Shown here piece after piece: positions 18,019-25,895 of a stretch of DNA of 64,000 bases. The stretch's first letter is position 1. Each line of letters opens with the position of its first letter. The translations under genes and the position numbers were made by a program. The DNA is from an uncultured archaeon (GTDB lineage Archaea > Aenigmatarchaeota > Aenigmatarchaeia > GW2011-AR5). The notes below the pieces were generated by a model. It did not search any database and was not told where the DNA came from. It saw only the letters and a list, made by a program, of their open reading frames with translations. The stretch spans positions 30,481 to 94,480 of the forward strand of contig CAYJTG010000002.1 in assembly GCA_964373255.1 (NCBI GenBank). Reading direction: 5' to 3'.

Positions 18019-20751
18019 TTACGAGCTTAGCGTTGACGAGATGACCCCGTTCTTCCAAACAGCCAGGTTCTTGTTCATCAGGTCTGATTTGTATGCGTCG
18101 TAGTTCTGCAAGATTCCTGACACAAGTCTTGTGTCGGCCTTGGAGTGTCCTGCAACGACCAGTGCTGATTTGCCTGACGTGAACGCGTCTGCCACAAGGT
18201 TCAAGATTGCTGTTCCCGCTCCCTCTTGGACGTATTTGCTTGTTGCCCATGTCTTTCCAGCGTCTGCCAGTTCTTTTACCATTGAGTTTACCGCCGGTCC
18301 GCCCACTAGGATCAGGTTCTTGTTTGCCTTGTCAGCTGATGTGACTTCGCTGTCCAGCTTTGCGATGGACGTTTTTATCGGCGTAGCTGACCTTACAGTT
18401 CCGCCTCCGGTTGCTGTGCCGCCGCCTATTGTCGAGTCTTTTCCCAGAACAGCTATATTGGCTGTCACCTGCAGGTCTGGATAGTAGAGCCACACTTTGT
18501 CCTGGCTTGATGTTCCATGCTGCACAAAGGTGCCGTACCTGTCAACTGCCCATTGCACGTTGGAATCGCTTCCTAGCGCAACCTCAGATGCCAAGCCGTC
18601 AGAGAAGCTTATCGAGTTTACTGAAGCCTGTTGGTTGCTTCCTGATGCTTCTGTACCCAGAGACACGGTTATTGTGTAGATGTCCTTGTTGTCGTCCTCT
18701 TCTTCTACAAAGACCAGGGCTGGTTGTGTCAATCCAATGCCTCCTGAACCGCCGACTATTTTCAATGTGGCTGATGTACTGCTACCACTGGCACCACTTA
18801 TGTTATACACCAAACCGCCGTTGGATGTTTTACCCAACGTAAATGTAGCGTTTGCTCCTGCTGTCGCATTGAATCCTGTAGGCAGACTTGTTCCTACAGA
18901 TGTTGTTCCATCCTCATTTGCTGTTGCAGTGAAGTTCCATAAGCTACCAGAGTACAGCGTTGCTGTTACTGCGCCTGTTGGCAGCTGTAATTTGTTGCCG
19001 TTTGTCAGGGTCACTAGTGATTGGTTGTACAAGGCAAGGTATTGCCCCTTCTGTCCCTTGATTTTTGGGAATGCTGTTGTATAGTCTCCAACAGAGTTGT
19101 TTGCTGAACCTGCTCCCCACCAGACATTCATGCCTGCGCTGTTCGCCCAGATATAATATGTCTGGCCGTCGATGACTTTTGTGTCCTGGTTGTCGGTACC
19201 CAAGGTGACTTTTGTTGTTACGCCGCTGAAAACGTCTGTTATGTCGAGCGAAGCCGATGTCGATGCGTCTGCCGTCAGGCTTGTAAGCTCGAACAGGTGC
19301 GAGAAGTCTCCTGCGTCCACAACAAAGTACTCGTTTTGCGCGACCTGTGCCCCTTCAACAACTTCTATTCTGTCGCCAGAGCTGTCGCCCAACAGGAATG
19401 CGGTTCCTGATGATGTCGCCTTGTATGCCCAGTTAACAGCTTTTTCCTGACCCTTGTCATCTTTGTATACTACTGTAACAAGGTTGTCTCCAGAAGGCTC
19501 GATCTTTATCAAACCTCTTGAAGCAGCTTTCATGTCTTCTGAAAGCGATGGGAAAGCCATCTTGAATGTCTTCCACGTTGGATCCATGTATTCCCCGCCG
19601 AGTTTCAGGAAGTCTGAGCTTGAAGACTTTCCGCCAGCGTAGACTACAAAGGATGCCAGCTTGCCTGCAGAGACCGTCAGGTTCACGAATGTACCCTGCA
19701 CTGCTGTTTCGTCTGTTCCTATCTTGACTTTGCTTCCGTGCTGCAACACGACTTTGTTTGCGCCCAGCAAAACCTTTGCCGAGTTCTGTGTCTGGTCTGT
19801 GGTTGACAGGTGGAATACGTCGTCTAGGTATACATCAAGGCCGCCGATCTGTGTTTGCACGCCTTTTGTCAGCGTCTTCTGGTCAGCACCTACTTTTATG
19901 ACAGCCTGTGTTGTAGATGATGTACCAATCATGCTTACTTCGTATGTTGAGCTGCCTATTGTTACTGATGCAACCTCTCCTGATTTCATTACGCGTGTGT
20001 CTGCTCCGCCTGAGATGACCAGCTTGTTGCTTGTGAAAGGACTCGCCCCGGTGAATGTCGTGTCACTGTTAATTGTGTATATTCCACCAAAAAGAGTCAG
20101 CTTCTCTCCGACTGCTGTTGTTCCGTTGACTTCTTTGTCGAAGATTATCTGTGTTTGGTAGAACCACTCGTCGTCGTCAGGGCTTTGTGTGAACTCCCCG
20201 AAGCTGTATGTAGGGTCTTCATTGCTTATCGAAGAGTCTCCTGGTTTCTCGAATTGCAATCTGTAGCTGTTCAGGTTTGCTGTACCTGGTGTCACTTTTA
20301 TGTACTGAGTGTATTTGTGTGTTGTTCCAGCGTCAGAGTCCACGAGCGAGCCGTCTGCCAAGGTCGTTGGAAGGTCGTCCTTTGTCATCGTGTTTCTCAG
20401 GCCTGTTTTTCCCATTGTGTCGTTGAGGAAAATCTTTTTGTTTGCCGTTGCAACATTTTTTCCCTCGCCTGTTATGCTTGTGGCTGTTACAGTGCCTGCT
20501 ATTGCGACTTCTGTTGTTACTTCGCCGCCCAAACGGGCTGCTATGTCTATTGCGCCTGAAATGTCGCTTGCGAGACCTGCCGCGTCTGTACCCTGTGAGC
20601 CTACGACAATCAGCAGTTGAGGCCCTGCCGATGTGACGAATGGCGCCGGGTATGCGTCTAGTGCTGCAAATCCAATGCTAGAGCCTATCATGACCCCGGC
20701 AAGTGCACCTGCAGCAACGATTTTTCCTATTTTTCCTAATTGCATTTTCAT
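18019..20751 (-). CDS. S-layer protein (Methanococcales-type S_layer_N / S_layer_C architecture)
   Basis: 910 aa with an ATG start. The N-terminus has a signal followed by ..YPAPFVTSAGPQLLIVVGSQGTDAAGLASDISGAIDIAARLGG. The C-terminus has ..NLILVGGPAVNSMVKELADAG.. Both ends are conserved in this S-layer family. Confidence 0.85.
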   Translation of the reverse strand: MKMQLGKIGKIVAAGALAGVMIGSSIGFAALDAYPAPFVTSAGPQLLIVVGSQGTDAAGLASDISGAIDIAARLGGEVTTEVAIAGTVTATSITGEGKNVATANKKIFLNDTMGKTGLRNTMTKDDLPTTLADGSLVDSDAGTTHKYTQYIKVTPGTANLNSYRLQFEKPGDSSISNEDPTYSFGEFTQSPDDDEWFYQTQIIFDKEVNGTTAVGEKLTLFGGIYTINSDTTFTGASPFTSNKLVISGGADTRVMKSGEVASVTIGSSTYEVSMIGTSSTTQAVIKVGADQKTLTKGVQTQIGGLDVYLDDVFHLSTTDQTQNSAKVLLGANKVVLQHGSKVKIGTDETAVQGTFVNLTVSAGKLASFVVYAGGKSSSSDFLKLGGEYMDPTWKTFKMAFPSLSEDMKAASRGLIKIEPSGDNLVTVVYKDDKGQEKAVNWAYKATSSGTAFLLGDSSGDRIEVVEGAQVAQNEYFVVDAGDFSHLFELTSLTADASTSASLDITDVFSGVTTKVTLGTDNQDTKVIDGQTYYIWANSAGMNVWWGAGSANNSVGDYTTAFPKIKGQKGQYLALYNQSLVTLTNGNKLQLPTGAVTATLYSGSLWNFTATANEDGTTSVGTSLPTGFNATAGANATFTLGKTSNGGLVYNISGASGSSTSATLKIVGGSGGIGLTQPALVFVEEEDDNKDIYTITVSLGTEASGSNQQASVNSISFSDGLASEVALGSDSNVQWAVDRYGTFVQHGTSSQDKVWLYYPDLQVTANIAVLGKDSTIGGGTATGGGTVRSATPIKTSIAKLDSEVTSADKANKNLILVGGPAVNSMVKELADAGKTWATSKYVQEGAGTAILNLVADAFTSGKSALVVAGHSKADTRLVSGILQNYDAYKSDLMNKNLAVWKNGVISSTLSS

Positions 20752-20838
20752 GCAACCTCCATGTCGTATTTTTTACAAGTCGAAATTAATTGCCAAACAC
20801 AGGACGATCAAAAATAATTCCGAACAAGAAACCGCGAT

Positions 20839-20890
20839 TCGTGTTTATAATTTGTGTTTATATATTGTGTTTATATATTGTGTTTACTTT
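20839..20890. promoter_or_regulatory. Four tandem 13-bp units, each carrying a TTTATA(TA) TATA-box-like core
   Basis: The units are tcgtgtttataat, ttgtgtttatata, ttgtgtttatata and ttgtgtttacttt. They lie 90-140 nt upstream of the S-layer ATG (20751) and about 450 nt upstream of the divergent gene at 21339. Confidence 0.5.
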
Positions 20891-20968
20891 TGCTTTTACT
20901 TTATCGCGATTTTTCTTCAGTTTTACTTTAATCATCCGAATGTTTTTTCATTAACTTCAACAGTTCAT

Positions 20969-21076
20969 CAGAGACTTTTGGTCTCTGCATTTGATCCGGA
21001 TCAAATCGGTTAAAGACTTTTGAGGTCTTTTGATTTGAAAATCAAGCACAGATAGATTTTGATAGACCTATCTGTA
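20969..21076. repeat. String of five consecutive short perfect hairpins
   Basis: The hairpins are cagagac/gtctctg, atttgatcc/ggatcaaat, aaagac/gtcttt, tgattt/aaatca and acagata/tatctgt. They are back to back in the S-layer upstream intergenic region. Confidence 0.7.
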
Positions 21077-21338
21077 CATGCTATTTTTACTTACAGATAT
21101 GGATTTGCACCCTATATAAGGGTGACGGGAAACAGTTGCAGATTGAGCAAAATGGCTAAATCATGTATATTTTAAAGGTTTACATAGATTATATATTGTT
21201 AATGAACGTTTCAAAGGTAAATTTTAGGCTATTTAGATCAAAAAAGATCATTTTTAATCTTATTTTTCTTGCGTATTTCATTTTTGCACTTTGTATCGTT
21301 ATAACGTATTTTTAAGCATAAGCATAATTAGTTTATGC

Positions 21339-22262
21339 ATGAGAATGGTGGCATTTATTGCAATAGCGGCTATTTTACTGTTTTCGCCGCTTACAGCACA
21401 CGCGGCCCTTGTAAAATGGGACGTAGCTGTTTTGCTGAACGAAGACAGGACTGCAGAGTGGACAGTAGAGCTCGTGTATAACGAAACTGTGAAAAAAACC
21501 GATTATTTTCTGCTTGGAAAAATTGTAGATTACGAAGTCTTTGGAGACAACAAGCTTCTCGTCTGCTCCATAACTTATGAAATCGGGTCAACCATATTGT
21601 GCAATGACATAAGCGCCAGAAATATTGTCTACAAAATAAAAACATCACCGATGGTCAGCGACATCCAGCAAAATTTCAAGCTGTTTTCTTACAAATTTTC
21701 CGTTACCGCACCCGCGGGTGAATTTAAAGCGACAGTAAAATTGCCGCTTGGTTCTGTTCTTGCTGATCCCAAACTCCTTGGGGGCACAAGCGTAAAGGCT
21801 TTCGCGCCCGAAACAGGAAAGGAGGGCTCTGACGGAAGGCGCATATTTGTAGAATGGGCTATCATCAATCCAAAGCTCGGCGAAACACTAGACACCGTTG
21901 TTGTATATGAGCAGTTGTCGGAAAAGACGGAGTTTGCACTCTTTGGAGCAATAATAATAGTTATAATAATTCTGCTGGTATTGTTTTTGATATTTATCAG
22001 GCGCAGGACCGTGCGCGAAATACTCCCCGTGCTGACGCCAAGCGAGAGAAAGGTTGTTGAGATACTTTTGCGCGAGAAAGGCGACGTCGACCAGAGGGAA
22101 ATTGTCAGGGAGACCGATTTCAGCAAAACCAGCGTGTCCAGAATTATAACAAACCTCGTCAACAGGGGAATCGCCGAAAAGATTTCAAAAGGGAGAAAAA
22201 ACCTCATACGCCTCAAGAAATCCATAAAGCGAAAAGATGTAACGGCAAAAAAAGAACAATAA
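21339..22262 (+). CDS. Membrane-anchored wHTH regulator (extracytoplasmic domain - TM - cytoplasmic winged helix)
   Basis: The ATG at 21339 gives the signal MRMVAFIAIAAILLFSPLTAHA. A TM helix FALFGAIIIVIIILLVLFLIFI follows, then PSERKVVEILLREKGDVDQREIVRETDFSKTSVSRIITNLVNRGIAEK (MarR/TrmB-like wHTH). Confidence 0.7.
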   Translation: MRMVAFIAIAAILLFSPLTAHAALVKWDVAVLLNEDRTAEWTVELVYNETVKKTDYFLLGKIVDYEVFGDNKLLVCSITYEIGSTILCNDISARNIVYKIKTSPMVSDIQQNFKLFSYKFSVTAPAGEFKATVKLPLGSVLADPKLLGGTSVKAFAPETGKEGSDGRRIFVEWAIINPKLGETLDTVVVYEQLSEKTEFALFGAIIIVIIILLVLFLIFIRRRTVREILPVLTPSERKVVEILLREKGDVDQREIVRETDFSKTSVSRIITNLVNRGIAEKISKGRKNLIRLKKSIKRKDVTAKKEQ

Positions 22263-22380
22263 AATCCCCTTTATAACCACTCGCCAAAAGACTTTGTCTT
22301 TTGCACGAAGTCGGTGGTTTCCTTGAGGGTTTCTTTTCGAATTCATTTGCAGGTTTTCTGATGAATTCAAAAATAAATAA

Positions 22381-22824
22381 TTATTTTTTCTTTTCTTCAG
22401 GCGTTATGACGATGCCGCCGACGCCTGCGGCCGCGAACTGGTGCACGAGCCCGGCCAAAACATTGGATATTTCCTGCACCTCGCCAACATCGACATCCTT
22501 TTTGTGCGGCCCCAATATTTCTATCGCGGAAGGGCCATACGTGAGGACTGTATTCAGCAGGGTGGACAGCGTCTTTGCAAGAAATTTAATGCTGACAACG
22601 TAGGAATAAGCGCTGTCTATGCCCTTCAACGGGGTCTCCACTTTTTTTATTTCCTTGAACTGCTTTTCGTAGACAAATACGTCCCTTACGTGAGAAAGCT
22701 TTTCTGCGTGCTTTTCCAGCGCGCTCTTTACGGTAGACTCGTCAACGGCGAGCGCCTCGATGCTGAACCACACGTCAAACCAGTTTTCCTTGCGCCGCCT
22801 GTTTATTTCGTCTTTCATTTCCAT
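22381..22824 (-). CDS. Hypothetical cytoplasmic protein
   Basis: Track ORF with a TTG start at 22830 and an ATG at 22824 (MEMKDEINRR...). No motif was recognised. Confidence 0.5.
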   Translation of the reverse strand: MEMKDEINRRRKENWFDVWFSIEALAVDESTVKSALEKHAEKLSHVRDVFVYEKQFKEIKKVETPLKGIDSAYSYVVSIKFLAKTLSTLLNTVLTYGPSAIEILGPHKKDVDVGEVQEISNVLAGLVHQFAAAGVGGIVITPEEKKK

Positions 22825-22986
22825 AGACAAGACACCTACGGTTTCTTTTCCTCGATATCTTCCCTCTTAATTGGAAGAAAAGGTCTCCCACAATGTATAA
22901 TATCTGAAATCTTAAGTTGTTTAGCTATAACCTTTAAATCTTCACAAAAGAAGTTAGAATAAAACAATAAATTTGTTGTGATATCG

Positions 22987-23565
22987 ATGTGTATTGACAT
23001 ACTAAAAAATCCCGTTGCGGCTGTCATGAAGGCAAAAAAGAAGAACATGGGCAAGACCGCTGTCACGCTCATAGAATCATGCATTTTGTTTGGGCTGACC
23101 GCAGCTATCGTTATCATGCAGACGGGAGGCCTCTCACAGACCGCTGTTTTCTTAGCTGCTGTTTCGTTCACCTATCTGTTTGTCCTTGTGCTTGTTGCGT
23201 CAATAGTGTTCGGCTACGTACTCAAGATTATTGCAACCACCTTGGGCGGAAGCGGGAAATACTATGAGGGCCTTACGGTTGTTGCATACACTCTGGTGCC
23301 GATATCGGCCGCCATGTTTGTTGCGTCTATTTTGTCGTTTTTGCCCGTCGTGGGCGTTTTGCTAAATATTATTGTGCTTTCGGTCGGCTTTGCCTTGGGC
23401 GTAAGCCTGCTCTACAGATCGATAAAGGAGCTTTTCAGGACGGACATGGTTGTGGCCTTGGTGGCTGTCTCAGTTCTCGTAATCGTGCTATTCATCGCTG
23501 CGACGGTTTCTTTCGGCTTGTCAACGTTGACACAGCTTGGTGGAATTCTTCCTATGGGTGCCTGA
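22987..23565 (+). CDS. Polytopic membrane protein (Yip1-domain-like)
   Basis: GTG at 22978 and ATG at 22987 (MCIDILKNPVAAV..). It has five hydrophobic helices, and the N-terminal motif and topology resemble Yip1-family proteins. The family call is weak. Confidence 0.55.
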   Translation: MCIDILKNPVAAVMKAKKKNMGKTAVTLIESCILFGLTAAIVIMQTGGLSQTAVFLAAVSFTYLFVLVLVASIVFGYVLKIIATTLGGSGKYYEGLTVVAYTLVPISAAMFVASILSFLPVVGVLLNIIVLSVGFALGVSLLYRSIKELFRTDMVVALVAVSVLVIVLFIAATVSFGLSTLTQLGGILPMGA

Positions 23566-23566
23566 T

Positions 23567-23848
23567 ATGAAAATATTAGACGTTGTTTTTGTTGTCATAG
23601 GCATAATAGCATTTATCGGTGGGCTGGTCGCTGCCTACATATTTGTCCAGACCGGGGCAGCCCTGGACGTGCTCAAGGAGCGCGTGGCGGCAGGCACTGC
23701 AACCGGCGCTATTGACGTGCAGAACTTCCAGTACGTCATGGATACGTTCAACGCGTTCCTGGTTGCCGGGTGGATATGGATCGTTGCTGTTCTTCTTTCT
23801 TCCGGCTACGCGATCTGGTCTGGCGTGCAGAAGATAAGAGAAAAATGA
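23567..23848 (+). CDS. Small two/three-TM membrane protein
   Basis: The ATG at 23567 lies 1 nt after the upstream stop. Sequence MKILDVVFVVIGIIAFIGGLVAAYIF... Confidence 0.5.
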   Translation: MKILDVVFVVIGIIAFIGGLVAAYIFVQTGAALDVLKERVAAGTATGAIDVQNFQYVMDTFNAFLVAGWIWIVAVLLSSGYAIWSGVQKIREK

Positions 23849-23854
23849 AAATGA

Positions 23855-24066
23855 AGCCCCAGGGGAGCATCGAACTCCCGACCTCCTGTTTTCTTGTTTC
23901 TTACTTGATTTTCTTTCTAAAAGAAAATCATACGAGACAGGTGCTTTCGGCTTTTTCTACCAATCTCCCCGATCCTTTCTAAATATTTGTGAAATCTATA
24001 GTTTCTTTGGGGTGAAACCTAGACCTTTCTTTACAAAGAAAGGGATCGGTGCTGAGCTACTGAGGC
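23855..24066 (-). tRNA. tRNA-Thr(CGU) with 2-3 introns (212 nt gene)
   Basis: Acceptor GCCTCAG/CTGGGGC (one G-U pair) and T arm GGGAG-TTCGATG-CTCCC. The anticodon arm is CCTGT-CTCGTA[40-nt intron]A-ACAGG. An 86-nt intron sits in the D loop after GCTCAGC. A possible 11-nt insert splits the D-stem 3' strand (GA|AAAAGCCGAAA|GC). The lengths add up: 75+86+11+40=212. Confidence 0.8.
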
Positions 24067-24261
24067 GTTTTGCTACTCTATTTCTCAATATTCACTATTA
24101 CTTTTTAAGCATTTCTTTTAAAGTAAATCAAACATTTCGCAAAAGAAGGTCTTGAATCCTCTATTTATGGTATATAAAGAATTTTTAAGGGGAGATAGTA
24201 CGGTAAGAAGAACAGACTGAAGTTGCTTTGCAACTTCTATGTATATGAGGTGTCTTGCGTT

Positions 24262-24552
24262 ATGAAAGAAGTATTTCTGGTAAAAACCGAGAACAAGCAG
24301 AAGGTTGAAGACCTGCTGAAAAAGGACGATGTTGTAAGCAGGGGCAGCATAACTATAAGGACGGCTGCATCCCTGGATATAAAGGAAGAAGGCTATTTTT
24401 TCATACTGGATATGCCCGAATCGTCGCTCAAAATAGCAGAGGGACTTACAAAAGGCATTGCTGAAAAATACAAACACGGAGAAAATATAATAAAAAAAGT
24501 CCAGGAACAGGAAGATTCTGCAATAGAAGGCTTCGGAAATATCCTGGGATAA
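24262..24552 (+). CDS. Hypothetical small protein
   Basis: ATG at 24262 (MKEVFLVKTENKQ...EDSAIEGFGNILG). No family was recognised. Confidence 0.45.
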   Translation: MKEVFLVKTENKQKVEDLLKKDDVVSRGSITIRTAASLDIKEEGYFFILDMPESSLKIAEGLTKGIAEKYKHGENIIKKVQEQEDSAIEGFGNILG

Positions 24553-24565
24553 TTATGGTGGCGCT

Positions 24566-25057
24566 ATGACTTCTGACATATTTGACAATTTGCCTGTGAG
24601 CTCTCTTGACAACTTTCACAAATTTCGCGAGTCGACTTACAATTTTCTCTATTTGTGCAAAGCTTGCGCACGCACCTTCGACTCTGAAAAGTCCATGGAA
24701 ACCTGCAAGTTCTGCGGCAATCCTGTGACAGAGCTGAGAAGCGTAAAAAGAAATAGAGAAGCCTTGAAGGACGGATTCAGAAAAAATATTCGATATAGAT
24801 ATTATTGTCCGACGTGCGAGAAAAATTTCGTAACGACGGAAAAGCTTGCGTTGTGCAATACGTGCCGGACAGACTACCTGCACGTTTATACGTGGGACCT
24901 GCTAAGAAAAAGGGACAGGCTCTACATAAAACTGAACAAAGCGCTGAAGACCGTATTTGAGAATAAGGCCAACAAAGCACAGACAAAGATAACTATAAAA
25001 CGCCCGGTATTTTCTGTTAATTTTTCGAGACCAAAAGAAGAGGTTCCTACTTTTTGA
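24566..25057 (+). CDS. Double zinc-ribbon protein
   Basis: Two CxxC...CxxC pairs are present: CKAC..CKFC and CPTC..CNTC. Confidence 0.55.
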   Translation: MTSDIFDNLPVSSLDNFHKFRESTYNFLYLCKACARTFDSEKSMETCKFCGNPVTELRSVKRNREALKDGFRKNIRYRYYCPTCEKNFVTTEKLALCNTCRTDYLHVYTWDLLRKRDRLYIKLNKALKTVFENKANKAQTKITIKRPVFSVNFSRPKEEVPTF

Positions 25058-25083
25058 TCAAATTTTTTCTAAAGAAGTTTGGA

Positions 25084-25173
25084 TGGGTCCGGGCGGATTC
25101 GAACCGCCGGCCTTCTGCACGTCAAGCAGACGTCATCTGTGGTCTTTGCAGATAACCACTAGACTACGGACCC
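25084..25173 (-). tRNA. tRNA-Val(GAC) with a 17-nt D-loop intron
   Basis: The gene reads GGGTCCG TA GTCT AGTGGTTAT[CTGCAAAGACCACAGAT]GAC G TCTGC-TTGACGT-GCAGA AGGCC GGCGG-TTCGAAT-CCGCC CGGACCC A. The intron forms an ATCTG/CAGAT helix. Confidence 0.85.
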
Positions 25174-25506
25174 TAGTTCTATTTTCATACCGATTCTTAT
25201 TTTTAAATCCGTATTTTTCAGTTCCAGGCAGTATTTTGCTTTCTTGTTTTTGTAAACTTTCCAGGTTTCTGGATTCAACGTAATTGGGACAGCTATCTCG
25301 TTTCCTACTATTCTCATTTTATCATCAAGAAATACCAGATTTAATTTTTTCTTTACAAAAGGCATCCATATAGAATTTGCATAAATCAAGGCACCGTCTT
25401 TATCTTCCAGCTTGTCAAACGTCAAGCCGCGCAAAGAAGAGGCTCCTTTGCAATCCTTTATTTTTAAAATCTTGTTATTTATCTTTAATGCTAGAAACGA
25501 CATCAT
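25159..25506 (-). CDS. DUF192-like protein
   Basis: ATG start. The stretch ..GLTFDKLEDKDGALIYANSIWMPFVKKKLNLVFLDDKMRIVG...YCLELK matches the DUF192 pattern (GL..r....gmlF....fwM.n...pLD..fld..g.i). The last ~15 nt overlap the tRNA-Val 5' end. Confidence 0.65.
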   Translation of the reverse strand: MMSFLALKINNKILKIKDCKGASSLRGLTFDKLEDKDGALIYANSIWMPFVKKKLNLVFLDDKMRIVGNEIAVPITLNPETWKVYKNKKAKYCLELKNTDLKIRIGMKIELGSVV

Positions 25507-25536
25507 AATAATTGTCTACAAAAGAATTAATTATAT

Positions 25537-25627
25537 AGTATCTCCGAAAGTGAGGTATACGCCTCTTGGCGTATACCTCGGTAGAGGATTACTGCCAACA
25601 GGCAGTAATCCAACTTTCGGAGATACT
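25537..25627. repeat. 91-nt three-way nested-hairpin element
   Basis: The outer stem is AGTATCTCCGAAAGT/ACTTTCGGAGATACT. It encloses GAGGTATACGCC-TCTT-GGCGTATACCTC and GGATTACTGCC-AACA-GGCAGTAATCC, all perfect. It sits 30 nt upstream of tRNA-Gly(CCC). Confidence 0.7.
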
Positions 25628-25657
25628 GTTATAGCTCTGTAGAAAACCTATGCAAGA

Positions 25658-25818
25658 GCATCTGTGATCTAGTGCACCTTTCCAGAAAGCTGCACCAAAG
25701 CGGTGAAAGGTGTGGATATTGGTATGATACAAGCTTCCCACAAGCTTTCCAGAAAGCTTGAGCAAAGCGGAAGGCTTGGAGTCAGCTTGATATGCGGGTT
25801 CGATTCCCGCCAGATGCA
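25658..25818 (+). tRNA. tRNA-Gly(CCC) with two introns (D loop ~45 nt; anticodon loop 43 nt)
   Basis: Acceptor GCATCTG/CAGATGC and T arm GCGGG-TTCGATT-CCCGC. The anticodon arm is CAAGC-TTCCCA[43 nt]A-GCTTG. The D arm is ATCT..GGTA TGAT. The two introns share TTTCCAGAAAGCT..AAAGCGG..AAGG. Confidence 0.75.
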
Positions 25819-25895
25819 TCAAGAAAACTGGAAGATGGTTGATCAAGAAAGGTGGAAAAAACTGATTATTAAAATATTGTATAGAAACTATTTGC

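Noticed and set aside
22441-22962. 173-aa plus-strand ORF antisense to 22381..22824 (also 21689..22225 and 29248..29961, which are antisense to called genes)
   Set aside because: The partner-strand ORFs have better starts, signals or domains. These have none, and they would create fully overlapping gene pairs.
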